Shown here: positions 41,109-50,893 of the stretch, in pieces
Layout of the letters: every line of letters starts with the position of its first letter
How positions within the stretch are numbered: the stretch's first letter is position 1
NCBI GenBank assembly: GCA_902529365.1
Contig: CABZWK010000008.1
Coordinates: 4,654 to 68,653 of the forward strand
Direction of reading: 5' to 3'
Source: an uncultured Balneola sp.
Lineage (GTDB): Bacteria; Bacteroidota; Rhodothermia; Balneolales; Balneolaceae
Length of the DNA: 64,000 bases
Position numbers and translations under genes: made by a program
The notes under the pieces: generated by a model
Database searches by the model: none
What the model was told of the DNA's origin: nothing
The model's input: only the letters and a program-made list of their open reading frames with translations

Positions 41109-43980
41109 TATAGGCCTCTATTGGTAGGCAAGAACACACTAAATTTCTGTCTCCATAGGCATCATCGACCCGAGAAACGGAAGGCCAGAATTTATTCCAT
41201 CGTAATTCGGCAATCGGAAATACGGCTTGTTCGCGGGTATATGTTTTTTCCCAGGTTTCTTGGACCAACACACGTATAGTATGAGGAGCGTTTTTTAGTG
41301 GATTATCCTCTATTGACCAATCGCCTTGTTCTATGGACTTAATTTCTGAGCGTATGGCAATCATCGCCTCGCAGAATCGATCGAGTTCAGCTAAACTTTC
41401 ACTTTCAGTGGGTTCTATCATGAGTGTACCTGGCACCGGAAAACTCATGGTCGGAGCGTGGTACCCATAATCAATTAACCTCTTTGCTAAATCTGTCGCT
41501 TCAATTCCAGCATTTTGCTTGAAGGGTCGTAAATCGATGATAAATTCATGAGCAGAACGACCACTAAGGCCCGTATATAGTATAGAGTAATGAGGCGCTA
41601 AACGTTCTTTAATATAATTTGCATTTAGAATAGCTCGACGGGTGGCTTCAGTAAGCCCATCACCACCCATCATACGTATATAGGCATAGGATATAGTTAG
41701 TATGCTTGCACTTCCAAAAGGTGCTGCGGATACCGGAGAAGCACCAAACGTTCCACCGGTAGGAACTTGAGAGTGAGTGGAGAGAAAAGGACTTAAATGC
41801 TCAGCCACTCCAATTGGACCCATACCAGGGCCTCCTCCACCATGAGGAATACAAAATGTTTTATGAAGATTTAAATGGCATACATCGGCTCCAATGAGCC
41901 CTGGACTAGTAAGCCCTACTTGAGCATTCATATTTGCTCCATCCATATAGACCTGTCCGCCATTTTGATGAATAAGAGCACAGAAATCTTTCACCTTATG
42001 CTCAAATACCCCATGAGTTGATGGATAGGTAATCATTAGAGCTGCTAAGCGATCAGAGTACTGTTCCACTTTAGCTTCCAAATCGTCAGAGGAAATATTC
42101 CCATGCTTATCCGTTTCTACTACAACTACGTCCATACCTGCCATCACAGCACTGGCTGGGTTTGTTCCATGTGCAGAAGCTGGGATTAAAGCGACATTAC
42201 GATGAGAGTCTCCCCTATGCTCATGATAAGCTCGTATAGTCATTAACCCAGCATATTCCCCTTGAGCACCCGAATTCGGTTGGAATGATATCGCATCAAA
42301 TCCAGTAATATCTGCAAGCCATGCCTCTAATTCTTTAAATATGTGAGCATAGCCCTGGGCTTGCTCGAGTGGTGCAAATGGGTGAATGTGCGCAAACTCT
42401 GGCCAACTTAAGGGAATCATTTCACTGGTTGCATTTAACTTCATCGTGCAAGAACCTAGAGAAATCATGGAGTGAACCAAAGATAGATCCTTTGATTCCA
42501 AATGCTTCATATAACGAAGCATTTCGTGTTCTGTCCGGTATGCATGAAATACTTCATGACTCATAAACTCTGAATCCCTAAGAATGCTTGAAGGCAACTG
42601 CATTTCAAGTTTATCCATTTCCTCAGAGAATTCCAGATCGGACTGCTTTCCTGTCACCTCTTCGAAAATTTGCTGTAGAAGCTTGAGATCGTCAAGGTCT
42701 TTTGCTTCATCCCAGCTTAAACTAACGGTATCATCGGTAGGATAATAGAAATTTGCTTCTAACTTTTTAGCAACAGGTTCTAAAAGGCTACGTTCCATTC
42801 GGAAAATTATGGTGTCAAAATACACGGTTGTTTGAACTTCTACACCTAAGGCCTCGAGCAGTTTTTTAGTTAGAGCAGTAAAGCCATGAATACGTGATGC
42901 AATATGTTTAAGCCCGTCAGGACCATGATATACCCCATACATTCCTGCAATAACGGCTAGTAAAACTTGTGCTGTACATATATTCGAAGTTGCTTTTTCA
43001 CGCCTGATATGTTGTTCTCTGGTCTGAAGGGCCATCCGGTACGCTGGTCGGCCTTCTTTATCTTGTGTCACACCAATGATTCGGCCCGGTATTTGTCGTT
43101 TAAAAGCTTCTTTAGTTGCAAAATACGCCGCATGTGGCCCGCCATAGCCCATTGGGACACCAAAACGCTGCGTGGTTCCAACTACTACGTCAGCCCCCAT
43201 CTCACCGGGAGGAGTCAATAAGGTCAAACTCAATAGATCTGCCGCGGCTACCACAAATACCTGATGTTCATTACAAGCTTGAACTAGTGCCTCGTAATTA
43301 ACCACTTGTCCATTGGCTTCTGGATATTGAAATAGGATTCCAAACACATCGTCACGTGTCACATCCAATTTCGCCAATTCGCCCACTTCGACCCGAATCC
43401 CCAATGGTGCTGACCTGGTATAAAGCACATCAAGAGTTTGAGGATACACTTTGTCACTAACATAAAAAGTATTAGCCGTTTTTTTCTTACTACCTTTTCG
43501 CTGTCCATACAGCATCGTCATGGCTTCAGCCGCTGCGGTAGCTTCATCGAGTAACGAGGCGTTGGCTAATTCCATACCTGTAAGATCGCTGACCATCGTT
43601 TGAAAGTTGATGAGCGCTTCCATCCGGCCTTGTGCAATTTCTGCCTGATATGGGGTATAAGCGGTGTACCAAGCAGGGTTTTCTAAAATGTTTCTTTGAA
43701 TAACCGTTGGCAAGAAGGTATCGTAATACCCCTGGCCTATGTATGAGGTATATACCTTATTTTTTTGAGCAATCTCCCGGAATTTCACTAAAAATTCTTC
43801 TTCTGTAAGTGCTGAGGGAATGGCTAAATCACTTTTTAATCGAATACCTTCAGGAATTGTTTCTGCAATCAACTGCTCCAGATCTTTAGCATTGATCGTC
43901 TCCAGCATGTGCTGATGATCGGCAGCACTCATTCCATGATGTCGATAGGCAAAAGGTAATTTTTGAAAAGATAAGCTCAT
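41101..43980 (-). CDS. gcvP: glycine dehydrogenase (decarboxylating), single-chain P-protein
   Basis: 959 aa with the PLP-lysine region [19 protein letters not shown] and an N-terminal FAYRHHGMS... typical of GcvP. Confidence 0.95.
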   Translation of the reverse strand: MSLSFQKLPFAYRHHGMSAADHQHMLETINAKDLEQLIAETIPEGIRLKSDLAIPSALTEEEFLVKFREIAQKNKVYTSYIGQGYYDTFLPTVIQRNILENPAWYTAYTPYQAEIAQGRMEALINFQTMVSDLTGMELANASLLDEATAAAEAMTMLYGQRKGSKKKTANTFYVSDKVYPQTLDVLYTRSAPLGIRVEVGELAKLDVTRDDVFGILFQYPEANGQVVNYEALVQACNEHQVFVVAAADLLSLTLLTPPGEMGADVVVGTTQRFGVPMGYGGPHAAYFATKEAFKRQIPGRIIGVTQDKEGRPAYRMALQTREQHIRREKATSNICTAQVLLAVIAGMYGVYHGPDGLKHIASRIHGFTALTKKLLEALGVEVQTTVYFDTIIFRMERSLLEPVAKKLEANFYYPTDDTVSLSWDEAKDLDDLKLLQQIFEEVTGKQSDLEFSEEMDKLEMQLPSSILRDSEFMSHEVFHAYRTEHEMLRYMKHLESKDLSLVHSMISLGSCTMKLNATSEMIPLSWPEFAHIHPFAPLEQAQGYAHIFKELEAWLADITGFDAISFQPNSGAQGEYAGLMTIRAYHEHRGDSHRNVALIPASAHGTNPASAVMAGMDVVVVETDKHGNISSDDLEAKVEQYSDRLAALMITYPSTHGVFEHKVKDFCALIHQNGGQVYMDGANMNAQVGLTSPGLIGADVCHLNLHKTFCIPHGGGGPGMGPIGVAEHLSPFLSTHSQVPTGGTFGASPVSAAPFGSASILTISYAYIRMMGGDGLTEATRRAILNANYIKERLAPHYSILYTGLSGRSAHEFIIDLRPFKQNAGIEATDLAKRLIDYGYHAPTMSFPVPGTLMIEPTESESLAELDRFCEAMIAIRSEIKSIEQGDWSIEDNPLKNAPHTIRVLVQETWEKTYTREQAVFPIAELRWNKFWPSVSRVDDAYGDRNLVCSCLPIEAYTS

Positions 43981-44274
43981 TATTAGATGCTCAAATAAGA
44001 TATTTATGGGGATAGCACGCGGCTTAATTGAACCTTAAAACGTGCATTAGTCTAGCTAGATTAACTAACTAAGATATAAGTCCTTAATATGGAATTTAAA
44101 TTAAGGATTTCTACTTTTTTTTTCTGATAAATAGCAGCCCTTTTATATATTGTATACCGTAGTGGTGCTGTTCACCTATCCTTTTATCTTAACAACACTT
44201 ACACGATTAAGAGCCAACCGAGAGCTATCTTTGTTGGAAAAATATTTTTTTTAAGCCTTAAAATTTTGCGAATT

Positions 44275-46254
44275 ATGAATGCTAAAGTCCTTTCCATTTT
44301 CTGTTTGTTCCTTTTTATTACTCCATTTTTTATACATGGCCAAGAATCCCAGATTCGGCTTCTGAATACCTCTTTGGAAATCAGGGTTAATGAACGAATC
44401 CAACTTGAAGCAGAAGTGCAAAATGCAGAGGGAGAGATTTTACCTGATACAGTGGTTTTTTTCTCTAGAGCTCGAAGGTCATTGATGGTTAGCAGTGAAG
44501 GAGAATTACAAGCGATTAAACCTGGTGTTCATACCATTTCGGCTATGACACTTGGCGCTGATAGAATTCGCCAAGATTTTGAGGTAATGGTTCTTTTCCC
44601 ACCCATTACCCGTGTGGATTGGGAGCAGGCAAATGATCCTTTTTATGTCGGAACTACCCTTGATCTTGCTTTTGACATACGTGATTCATTAGATGCGGTT
44701 CGTAACATAGAAGATCTTACTATCCGTAGTAGTGATGAATCAATATTCAGCATAAATGAATTCAATCAGTTGCATCTTCATAAGGTAGGTACGGCAGAGC
44801 TAGTAGTTGTTGCTGGTACTCAGCTATTTAGTTGGCCGATAAAGATAATTAAAAATGACGCAACTACATTGAGTATGAAGGTAACTAACCCAAGCTCACA
44901 ACCTATAAAAACGGGAGATGTAGTGTATATTACTGTATCTGCAGAAGATAGGAATGGACAAATCCTTCCCGATATGCCGGTTCAGTATAGCTTTATTGCT
45001 TATCCTGACGATCAATTAGGGCAAGGTAGTTCTGCACAAATAGCTCTAGATGGTCGTTTTGTTGCTAACCACTCTGGTAAATACTCTATTATTGCACGTT
45101 CGGGTGCTATACAAGCCACCCTGAATATTAGCGTCGAACCAAGAAGGGTACGTCGAAGTTTAGAAGTGGTAGGTAAAGGTATCGTTCCAGATGTTAAGAC
45201 TTCCGATCTGTGGGTTTGGGAAGGAGTCGATGGACATGACTACGCCATTACCGGCACTTGGGGAGCCAGAGGAGAAGCCTTTTTGTGGGATGTTACCGAT
45301 CCGAGTAATATACACACCATAGATACGGTACAGGTAGATGCACGTACCGTAAATGATGTAAAGGTGTCTGAAGACGGAACCATTGCTGTTATTACCCGTG
45401 AAGGAGCCTCTAACCGTAAAAATGGGATCATTATTCTTGATGTGACCAACCCATCAGACACAAAAATACTCTCAGAGTTTACCGATGGTTTAACCGGTGG
45501 TGTGCACAACACCTTCATCTATGAACAGCATGTCTATGCGGTAAATAATGGTCGAAAATACGATATTATTAATATCGAGGATCCTCGCAACCCCTACACC
45601 GTTGGTGTTTTTGAACTCGATACTCCTGGACATTCTATTCATGATGTCTGGATTGAAGACGGTATCGCATATTCCTCGAACTGGGGAGATGGAGTTGTTG
45701 TGGTTGATGTGGGGTCCACTCAATCGGCTGATATGCCTGGAGCAGGTGGGAGCCCAAACAATCCGACCCCACTGGGTAGTTATAGCTATCCGAGTGGGTG
45801 GAATCATGCCGCATTTCCGTTCAAATCTGAATCTACCGGAAAATTTTATGTGGCTGCTGGTGATGAAGCTTTCCCTTATGGTCTAGATACTCAGGGTCCC
45901 AATCGTGCTGCGGGATGGATACATTTTATCGAATTTGATGGCTGGGATAATCCAGATGAAGTAGCACGCTATCAGGTGCCTGAAGCAGGTTCTCATAATT
46001 ACTGGATCGAAAACGATGTCATGTATGCTGCTTTCTACAATGGCGGTTTACGAGTGGTTGATGTATCTGGTGACCTAATGGGAGACTTGTATGAACAGGG
46101 CCGTGAAATTGCCCTATTTTTACCTTCTGATCCCAACGCTGCTATACCAAATTCAACCTTTACTTGGGGACCCCAACCTTACAAAGGACTTATATTTCTT
46201 TCGGATTGGAATTCCGGCATCTGGGCAGTAAAACTGGGTGACATCCAGAATTAA
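44275..46254 (+). CDS. secreted protein with N-terminal Ig-like (Big_2-type) domains and a C-terminal LVIVD-repeat beta-propeller
   Basis: Start at the ATG at 44275 with a signal peptide. The LVIVD-type strands recur: AFLWDVTDPSN, IIILDVTNPSD, YDIINIEDPRNP, GVVVVDVGS and GLRVVDVSGD. Confidence 0.6.
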   Translation: MNAKVLSIFCLFLFITPFFIHGQESQIRLLNTSLEIRVNERIQLEAEVQNAEGEILPDTVVFFSRARRSLMVSSEGELQAIKPGVHTISAMTLGADRIRQDFEVMVLFPPITRVDWEQANDPFYVGTTLDLAFDIRDSLDAVRNIEDLTIRSSDESIFSINEFNQLHLHKVGTAELVVVAGTQLFSWPIKIIKNDATTLSMKVTNPSSQPIKTGDVVYITVSAEDRNGQILPDMPVQYSFIAYPDDQLGQGSSAQIALDGRFVANHSGKYSIIARSGAIQATLNISVEPRRVRRSLEVVGKGIVPDVKTSDLWVWEGVDGHDYAITGTWGARGEAFLWDVTDPSNIHTIDTVQVDARTVNDVKVSEDGTIAVITREGASNRKNGIIILDVTNPSDTKILSEFTDGLTGGVHNTFIYEQHVYAVNNGRKYDIINIEDPRNPYTVGVFELDTPGHSIHDVWIEDGIAYSSNWGDGVVVVDVGSTQSADMPGAGGSPNNPTPLGSYSYPSGWNHAAFPFKSESTGKFYVAAGDEAFPYGLDTQGPNRAAGWIHFIEFDGWDNPDEVARYQVPEAGSHNYWIENDVMYAAFYNGGLRVVDVSGDLMGDLYEQGREIALFLPSDPNAAIPNSTFTWGPQPYKGLIFLSDWNSGIWAVKLGDIQN

Positions 46255-46329
46255 TTTATTTCTGTATTTACATGAACAACTCACATGCATATCTATCACT
46301 CTTACTCAACATACCAACTCTTTCTTAGA

Positions 46330-47625
46330 ATGATGGGTGTTTTAGTATTCCCCCTAACACTCCTTATTTTATTCTCTATGAATTTGACTGCGCAAGTCTA
46401 TCAAGTGTATGTGGCCGCTGAATCGGACGATGTAGTCCAACGAGTAAGTTTCGACGCTAACACCTATCAAGGTTGGGTTGACGCGACCATTTCCGTAGGC
46501 AAACTCCCCACTGAAACAGAGGGTCCTCATGGTCTTACCCTATCTTCAGATAAAAAACATTGGTTTGTTACCATTGCTCACGGTAATCCCTACGGTTATT
46601 TAGCAAAATATAGTACCCAAACCCATGAATTAATGGGTACCGTCGATCTAGGCTTATTTCCTGCTAGCATGGAGATTTCAGAGTTTACCGGTCTTTTATA
46701 CGTAGTAAATTTTAATTTACATGGAGAAATGGAACCCAGTACAATGATGATGGTAGACCCAGAAACCATGGATTTAGTGGCCGAAATGCCAACGGGTATT
46801 ATGCCCCATGGAACTCGAATGAATTCAACAGGTAGAAAAGCCTATCATGTCTCGATGATGAGTGATGAACTCTTCGAAGTGGATACTTATGGCTTTAAGA
46901 TAGCAAGAAGACTGTCTTTAGCACTCACTGAGGGTTCAGAAATATCTTCAGAATTGCCTTCAGAGATTTCTAATGAGACAACTACTAATGCAAACGAATT
47001 AGAAGGGTTAAAAGAACTCCTGGATATGGATCAGAGTTCTGGGAGCCGCATGGCTAGGATGAAGGAAATGAACAGTCATAGCACATCCGGCAACCATTCG
47101 CATTCCACTATGCAAGCCGGCCACGATGGCAATGCTGATAGACTCGAGCCCATGGAACACGAGGCACATATGCATGGTCCCACGCCACAGATTAAACCAA
47201 CATGGGCTGACCCACACCCTAATGATGCATTCGTCTACGTCGCGGGAAATGGTTCAGATGAAATTATAGAAATTGATGTAAAAAAATGGGCTATAACCCG
47301 TAGAATTCCGACTGGAAAGGCTCCCTATAATTTAGAGGTTAGTCCCAATGGAAAATGGTTGGTAAGCTCACTAAAGGGAGCCTTTGCCACTAGTATTGTC
47401 GATATTTCTAGTGGAGTGGAACTAGCACAAATTGCTAATTCTAGGCGGATTTCACACGGAGTTGCTATCAGTTCTGATAGTAAATATACCTTTATCTCGG
47501 TAGAGGGAATTGGCGGTGAATCAGGCTCTGTTGATGTAATTTCGTTGGAAGAACTTAAGCGAGTAGCTGTTATTGAAACCGGAAAGCAAGCTGGGGGTAT
47601 CAGCTTTTTTACCACGATTGAATAA
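46330..47625 (+). CDS. secreted YVTN-type beta-propeller protein with a His/Met-rich insert
   Basis: I placed the start at MMGVLVFPL (46330). YVTN-like blades are HGLTLSSDKKHWFVT, LLYVVNFN, YNLEVSPNGKWLVSS and HGVAISSDSKYTFIS. The insert reads MARMKEMNSHSTSGNHSHSTMQAGHDGNADRLEPMEHEAHMHG. Confidence 0.55.
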   Translation: MMGVLVFPLTLLILFSMNLTAQVYQVYVAAESDDVVQRVSFDANTYQGWVDATISVGKLPTETEGPHGLTLSSDKKHWFVTIAHGNPYGYLAKYSTQTHELMGTVDLGLFPASMEISEFTGLLYVVNFNLHGEMEPSTMMMVDPETMDLVAEMPTGIMPHGTRMNSTGRKAYHVSMMSDELFEVDTYGFKIARRLSLALTEGSEISSELPSEISNETTTNANELEGLKELLDMDQSSGSRMARMKEMNSHSTSGNHSHSTMQAGHDGNADRLEPMEHEAHMHGPTPQIKPTWADPHPNDAFVYVAGNGSDEIIEIDVKKWAITRRIPTGKAPYNLEVSPNGKWLVSSLKGAFATSIVDISSGVELAQIANSRRISHGVAISSDSKYTFISVEGIGGESGSVDVISLEELKRVAVIETGKQAGGISFFTTIE

Positions 47626-47885
47626 TTCGCCCATTTTTAAATGGTTTGATCGAGCTATTAGCTTAGTAACTCTTAGCTGATTCTTGATATTTTTTATCAT
47701 ATAAATCAGTTAAATAGGTGTTTTCTGTTTGGATAATAAAATAAAATGTTTCTATATTTAGTCAAGACTAAAATTTTAATTAGTTTTGAATAACTAACAA
47801 CGCATCATTAACCTATGCCCAACAATATCAGTATTGGTAATTCTTATCAATCTGTCTACTCTAATCTAAATCATCTTCAGCCACT

Positions 47886-48713
47886 ATGATTATACCCGAT
47901 TGGTTTCTTGCATTACATCCTGTTATTCAAGCTTTTATTGCTGGTCTATTTACCTGGGCTATGACCGCATTAGGTGCTTCCTTAGTTTTTTTCACCAAAC
48001 AAGTTAGTTTCAAATTACTTGACAGTATGATGGGTTTCGCAGCGGGAGTAATGATTGCTGCAAGTATATGGTCACTTATTTTACCTGCCATAGATATGGC
48101 CGAAGCACAAGGGCATATAGGATGGGTACCTGCTGTTATAGGATTTTTGTTAGGTGGGTTAATTTTGCGCATTTGCGATCATTATCTACCTCATTTGCAT
48201 ATCGGACTCCCGAGAGATGAAGCTGAGGGTATTCCAACTAGTTGGAGACGTTCTACCCTTTTAATGCTTGCTATGACCCTTCATAATATTCCAGAAGGAT
48301 TGGCTATTGGAGTTCTTTTTGGAGCCGCAATTCAATCAGTCGACCTTGGAATGTCTGCTGCATTAGCCCCTGCTATTGCATTGGCCATAGGTATAGGCAT
48401 TCAAAATTTTCCTGAAGGGGTGGCTGTTTCTCTACCACTTAAGAGAGATGGAATGGAAACAGGGAAAAGTTTTTGGTATGGTCAACTATCGGGCATTGTA
48501 GAACCTGTTTCTGCAGTCATTGGAGCCGTAGCCGTAATTCTTGTTCAGCCGGTCTTACCTTATGCACTAGCCTTTGCTGCAGGAGCAATGATTTATGTTG
48601 TGGTTGAAGAGCTTATCCCTGAAAGTCAATTGCATGGTAACACCGATATTGCGACCCTTGGCACAATGATTGGTTTCAGCGTAATGATGGTTTTAGACGT
48701 GGCTTTAGGATAA
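47886..48713 (+). CDS. ZIP family divalent-metal transporter (ZupT/GufA-like)
   Basis: 275 aa, polytopic, with the signature [10 protein letters not shown] and its repeat [10 protein letters not shown]. Confidence 0.85.
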   Translation: MIIPDWFLALHPVIQAFIAGLFTWAMTALGASLVFFTKQVSFKLLDSMMGFAAGVMIAASIWSLILPAIDMAEAQGHIGWVPAVIGFLLGGLILRICDHYLPHLHIGLPRDEAEGIPTSWRRSTLLMLAMTLHNIPEGLAIGVLFGAAIQSVDLGMSAALAPAIALAIGIGIQNFPEGVAVSLPLKRDGMETGKSFWYGQLSGIVEPVSAVIGAVAVILVQPVLPYALAFAAGAMIYVVVEELIPESQLHGNTDIATLGTMIGFSVMMVLDVALG

Positions 48714-48766
48714 GTAGATTTTAGTCCCAGTACTAGGTTTATCAACTTAGGGTTAGTAGTAGTTGG

Positions 48767-50389
48767 TCACTTGCGGAACCATTTCATTAGTTCATGGATT
48801 GCATCCGAACTAAAATCCTTTACCCGGACACTTAGTTCGTGAGAACCGGAAACCACACCAAACCTCACATGATATAGTTTTTTTCCTTTCTGAAAGATGT
48901 GTTGGGAGTTACCTATGGATTGCAAACGTACTTTGGGTATCCAAATATGCTTTCGGGCAAGTGCTCTATACCTTATATATAGGTGTTCTGAGGAAACCCC
49001 AAGCTCTGTATCCTTATAAGCGGTCCATCCATATAACGTAGCAGGAATACTAAGCAAAGTCATCCAAACCAACCAAGGCAACCAATAAAGGCCCACTAAT
49101 GCTGGGAATAACCATAGATAATTAGGCCTTCTTAGATAGCGAAGAAAAGCTTTTTTGGGGGCAATAGCATACATTTGGTGGGGTGACTCGGTGATATGTG
49201 GGAACATATTTTGAGGCAGAACAGTAGATTCATCTAAACGGGAGAAAAAGTCGGAAGGTGCTTGCTTTAAGGCCTGTCTATTTTGTGGATTGACTCCCGA
49301 GGCCAATTCCCAACCCTCAAAAAACTGCTGAAAAAAGGCCTCGCGTTCATGGCCATAGATTAAAGGAGCTAGCATTAGAGATCGTTGCTGCTGGCCTTGC
49401 TGGTGTCCTGCACTGATGATAGAGAGAGATTCTAGACCAAATGGCTGGCGTAATAGCCCTTCAGTGGAGCTTATTGCTTGAATTCTATGATAAGGTACGG
49501 TAGTTTGAATACGCTCTAGTAAACCTCGGGAGATGTGTAATTCTTTACCAACTTTGCGAATGGTGAAGCCGTAGTAGCGTACAATGCTCGATAAAATGGA
49601 TAGTAGATATGAGACCATAATAACCGACACTACGCTAAAGAGCACAAAAAACAAGCCCGGCTGCTGAATCACTGGTATACGGTCAACAATCCACTGGATG
49701 TTTTCATCGGTAATGAAGTCTGATAATTGCCCTAATATGGTGCCCAGGATTGTAGCAATTATCCCAAACTCACCCGAGGTTAGTGCTAAGTAGAGTAAGC
49801 GTTTATTGGATAAGGTCCACTCAGAATTGTGGTTGGTATGCGGTTCATGATTAAGAGGCGAAGTTAACTTGGTGTGGGAATGTTCTCCTTGATCTGGTAG
49901 TGCACTTTTTTGTTGCTCTTCTTGGCTCAATTCGGAGTTTATATCCGATTCTTCGGCATTTTTAGGGTTTAATACATCCACAATAGTACGGGCCGTTTCG
50001 GCATCTAATGCAGAAAGTACCGCGCGTTCCGACCCACCTCCTGCAGTCTGAATGGTTAGGGAAACTAAGCCAAATATCCGCTGAATAATGCCGGCAGAGA
50101 TCTCGGTTACTTGGACTCTATTTTTGTGGATATAGAGTTTTTTCTGAACAAAAATACCTTTGTGTATATGTATTTCATCTTCTAATAATTGATACTTGAA
50201 ACGAAACCAACCCATAATTCCGAGACCAAAAGCAGATATGAGACCTACTCCAACAAACCAAATGAGATAGGATGATTCGTTTCGCGAGCCCACAATAAAT
50301 AGAAAGACAAGCGTAAGTACGTTTTGCTTTATGACTTGTAATACCCCAGTAATAGATACTACCCAATGCAGTCGCTGAAACTCAAACAT
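48767..50389 (-). CDS. membrane protein with repeated bacterial PH (bPH_2/DUF304) domains, YdbT-like
   Basis: 540 aa with alternating TM hairpins and PH-like modules. It overlaps the upstream YdbS-like gene by 8 nt, as in ydbS-ydbT pairs. Confidence 0.65.
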   Translation of the reverse strand: MFEFQRLHWVVSITGVLQVIKQNVLTLVFLFIVGSRNESSYLIWFVGVGLISAFGLGIMGWFRFKYQLLEDEIHIHKGIFVQKKLYIHKNRVQVTEISAGIIQRIFGLVSLTIQTAGGGSERAVLSALDAETARTIVDVLNPKNAEESDINSELSQEEQQKSALPDQGEHSHTKLTSPLNHEPHTNHNSEWTLSNKRLLYLALTSGEFGIIATILGTILGQLSDFITDENIQWIVDRIPVIQQPGLFFVLFSVVSVIMVSYLLSILSSIVRYYGFTIRKVGKELHISRGLLERIQTTVPYHRIQAISSTEGLLRQPFGLESLSIISAGHQQGQQQRSLMLAPLIYGHEREAFFQQFFEGWELASGVNPQNRQALKQAPSDFFSRLDESTVLPQNMFPHITESPHQMYAIAPKKAFLRYLRRPNYLWLFPALVGLYWLPWLVWMTLLSIPATLYGWTAYKDTELGVSSEHLYIRYRALARKHIWIPKVRLQSIGNSQHIFQKGKKLYHVRFGVVSGSHELSVRVKDFSSDAIHELMKWFRK

Positions 50390-50852
50390 CTTCTTTAACC
50401 AACCTCACCATGTCAGTGATTTTATCTTTGAGTTTTTGGGAAAGATCTTCTTCTAAAGCGGGAATTTCGTGGGAAGTAGCAGCATTAGAAAAACGAATAA
50501 CCGACAAACCGTATGATCGATAAATAGGGCCCTGACGAGTATCTACATGTTGGATTCGATTGATGGGTACCTCTGTATGCTGTACCCATATGATACCACG
50601 ACGCATCTGAATTCCTTTGTCATCAACCTGATAGCTCCACCGTGACCACCGTAGCTGAGGCAGAAAAGTCACTATAAGTGCATAAATAATAATAGCGATA
50701 ATAGCAGTACCAATTGCCCATTCGAGGGCGACTACCTCTTTTGTATGAAGGAAGTAAAGAAAAGCAGCTGGAATAAAAAGAAATAGTCCACTTAGCGCGA
50801 ATTGCAAACGCCAAGCGGGAATAGCATTAGGATGAATACGTTCTTCAAGCAT
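50382..50852 (-). CDS. membrane bPH_2 (DUF304) domain protein, YdbS-like
   Basis: 156 aa with two TM helices followed by one PH-like module (IQMRRGIIWVQHTEVPINRIQHVDTRQGPIYRSYGL). Confidence 0.65.
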   Translation of the reverse strand: MLEERIHPNAIPAWRLQFALSGLFLFIPAAFLYFLHTKEVVALEWAIGTAIIAIIIYALIVTFLPQLRWSRWSYQVDDKGIQMRRGIIWVQHTEVPINRIQHVDTRQGPIYRSYGLSVIRFSNAATSHEIPALEEDLSQKLKDKITDMVRLVKEDV

Positions 50853-50893
50853 AGTAATTCATTTGATGAGAATCTAAGAGTTTTATAAGATTA

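Noticed and set aside
43981-44265. Possible glycine riboswitch upstream of gcvP on the minus strand
   Set aside because: I read the 285-nt leader on the minus strand and found no GGAGAG / CACCGAAGGGGCAA / CUCAGGCAAAAGGAC-type core. There is only a loose AAAAGGA match. An Infernal scan with RF00504 would be decisive.
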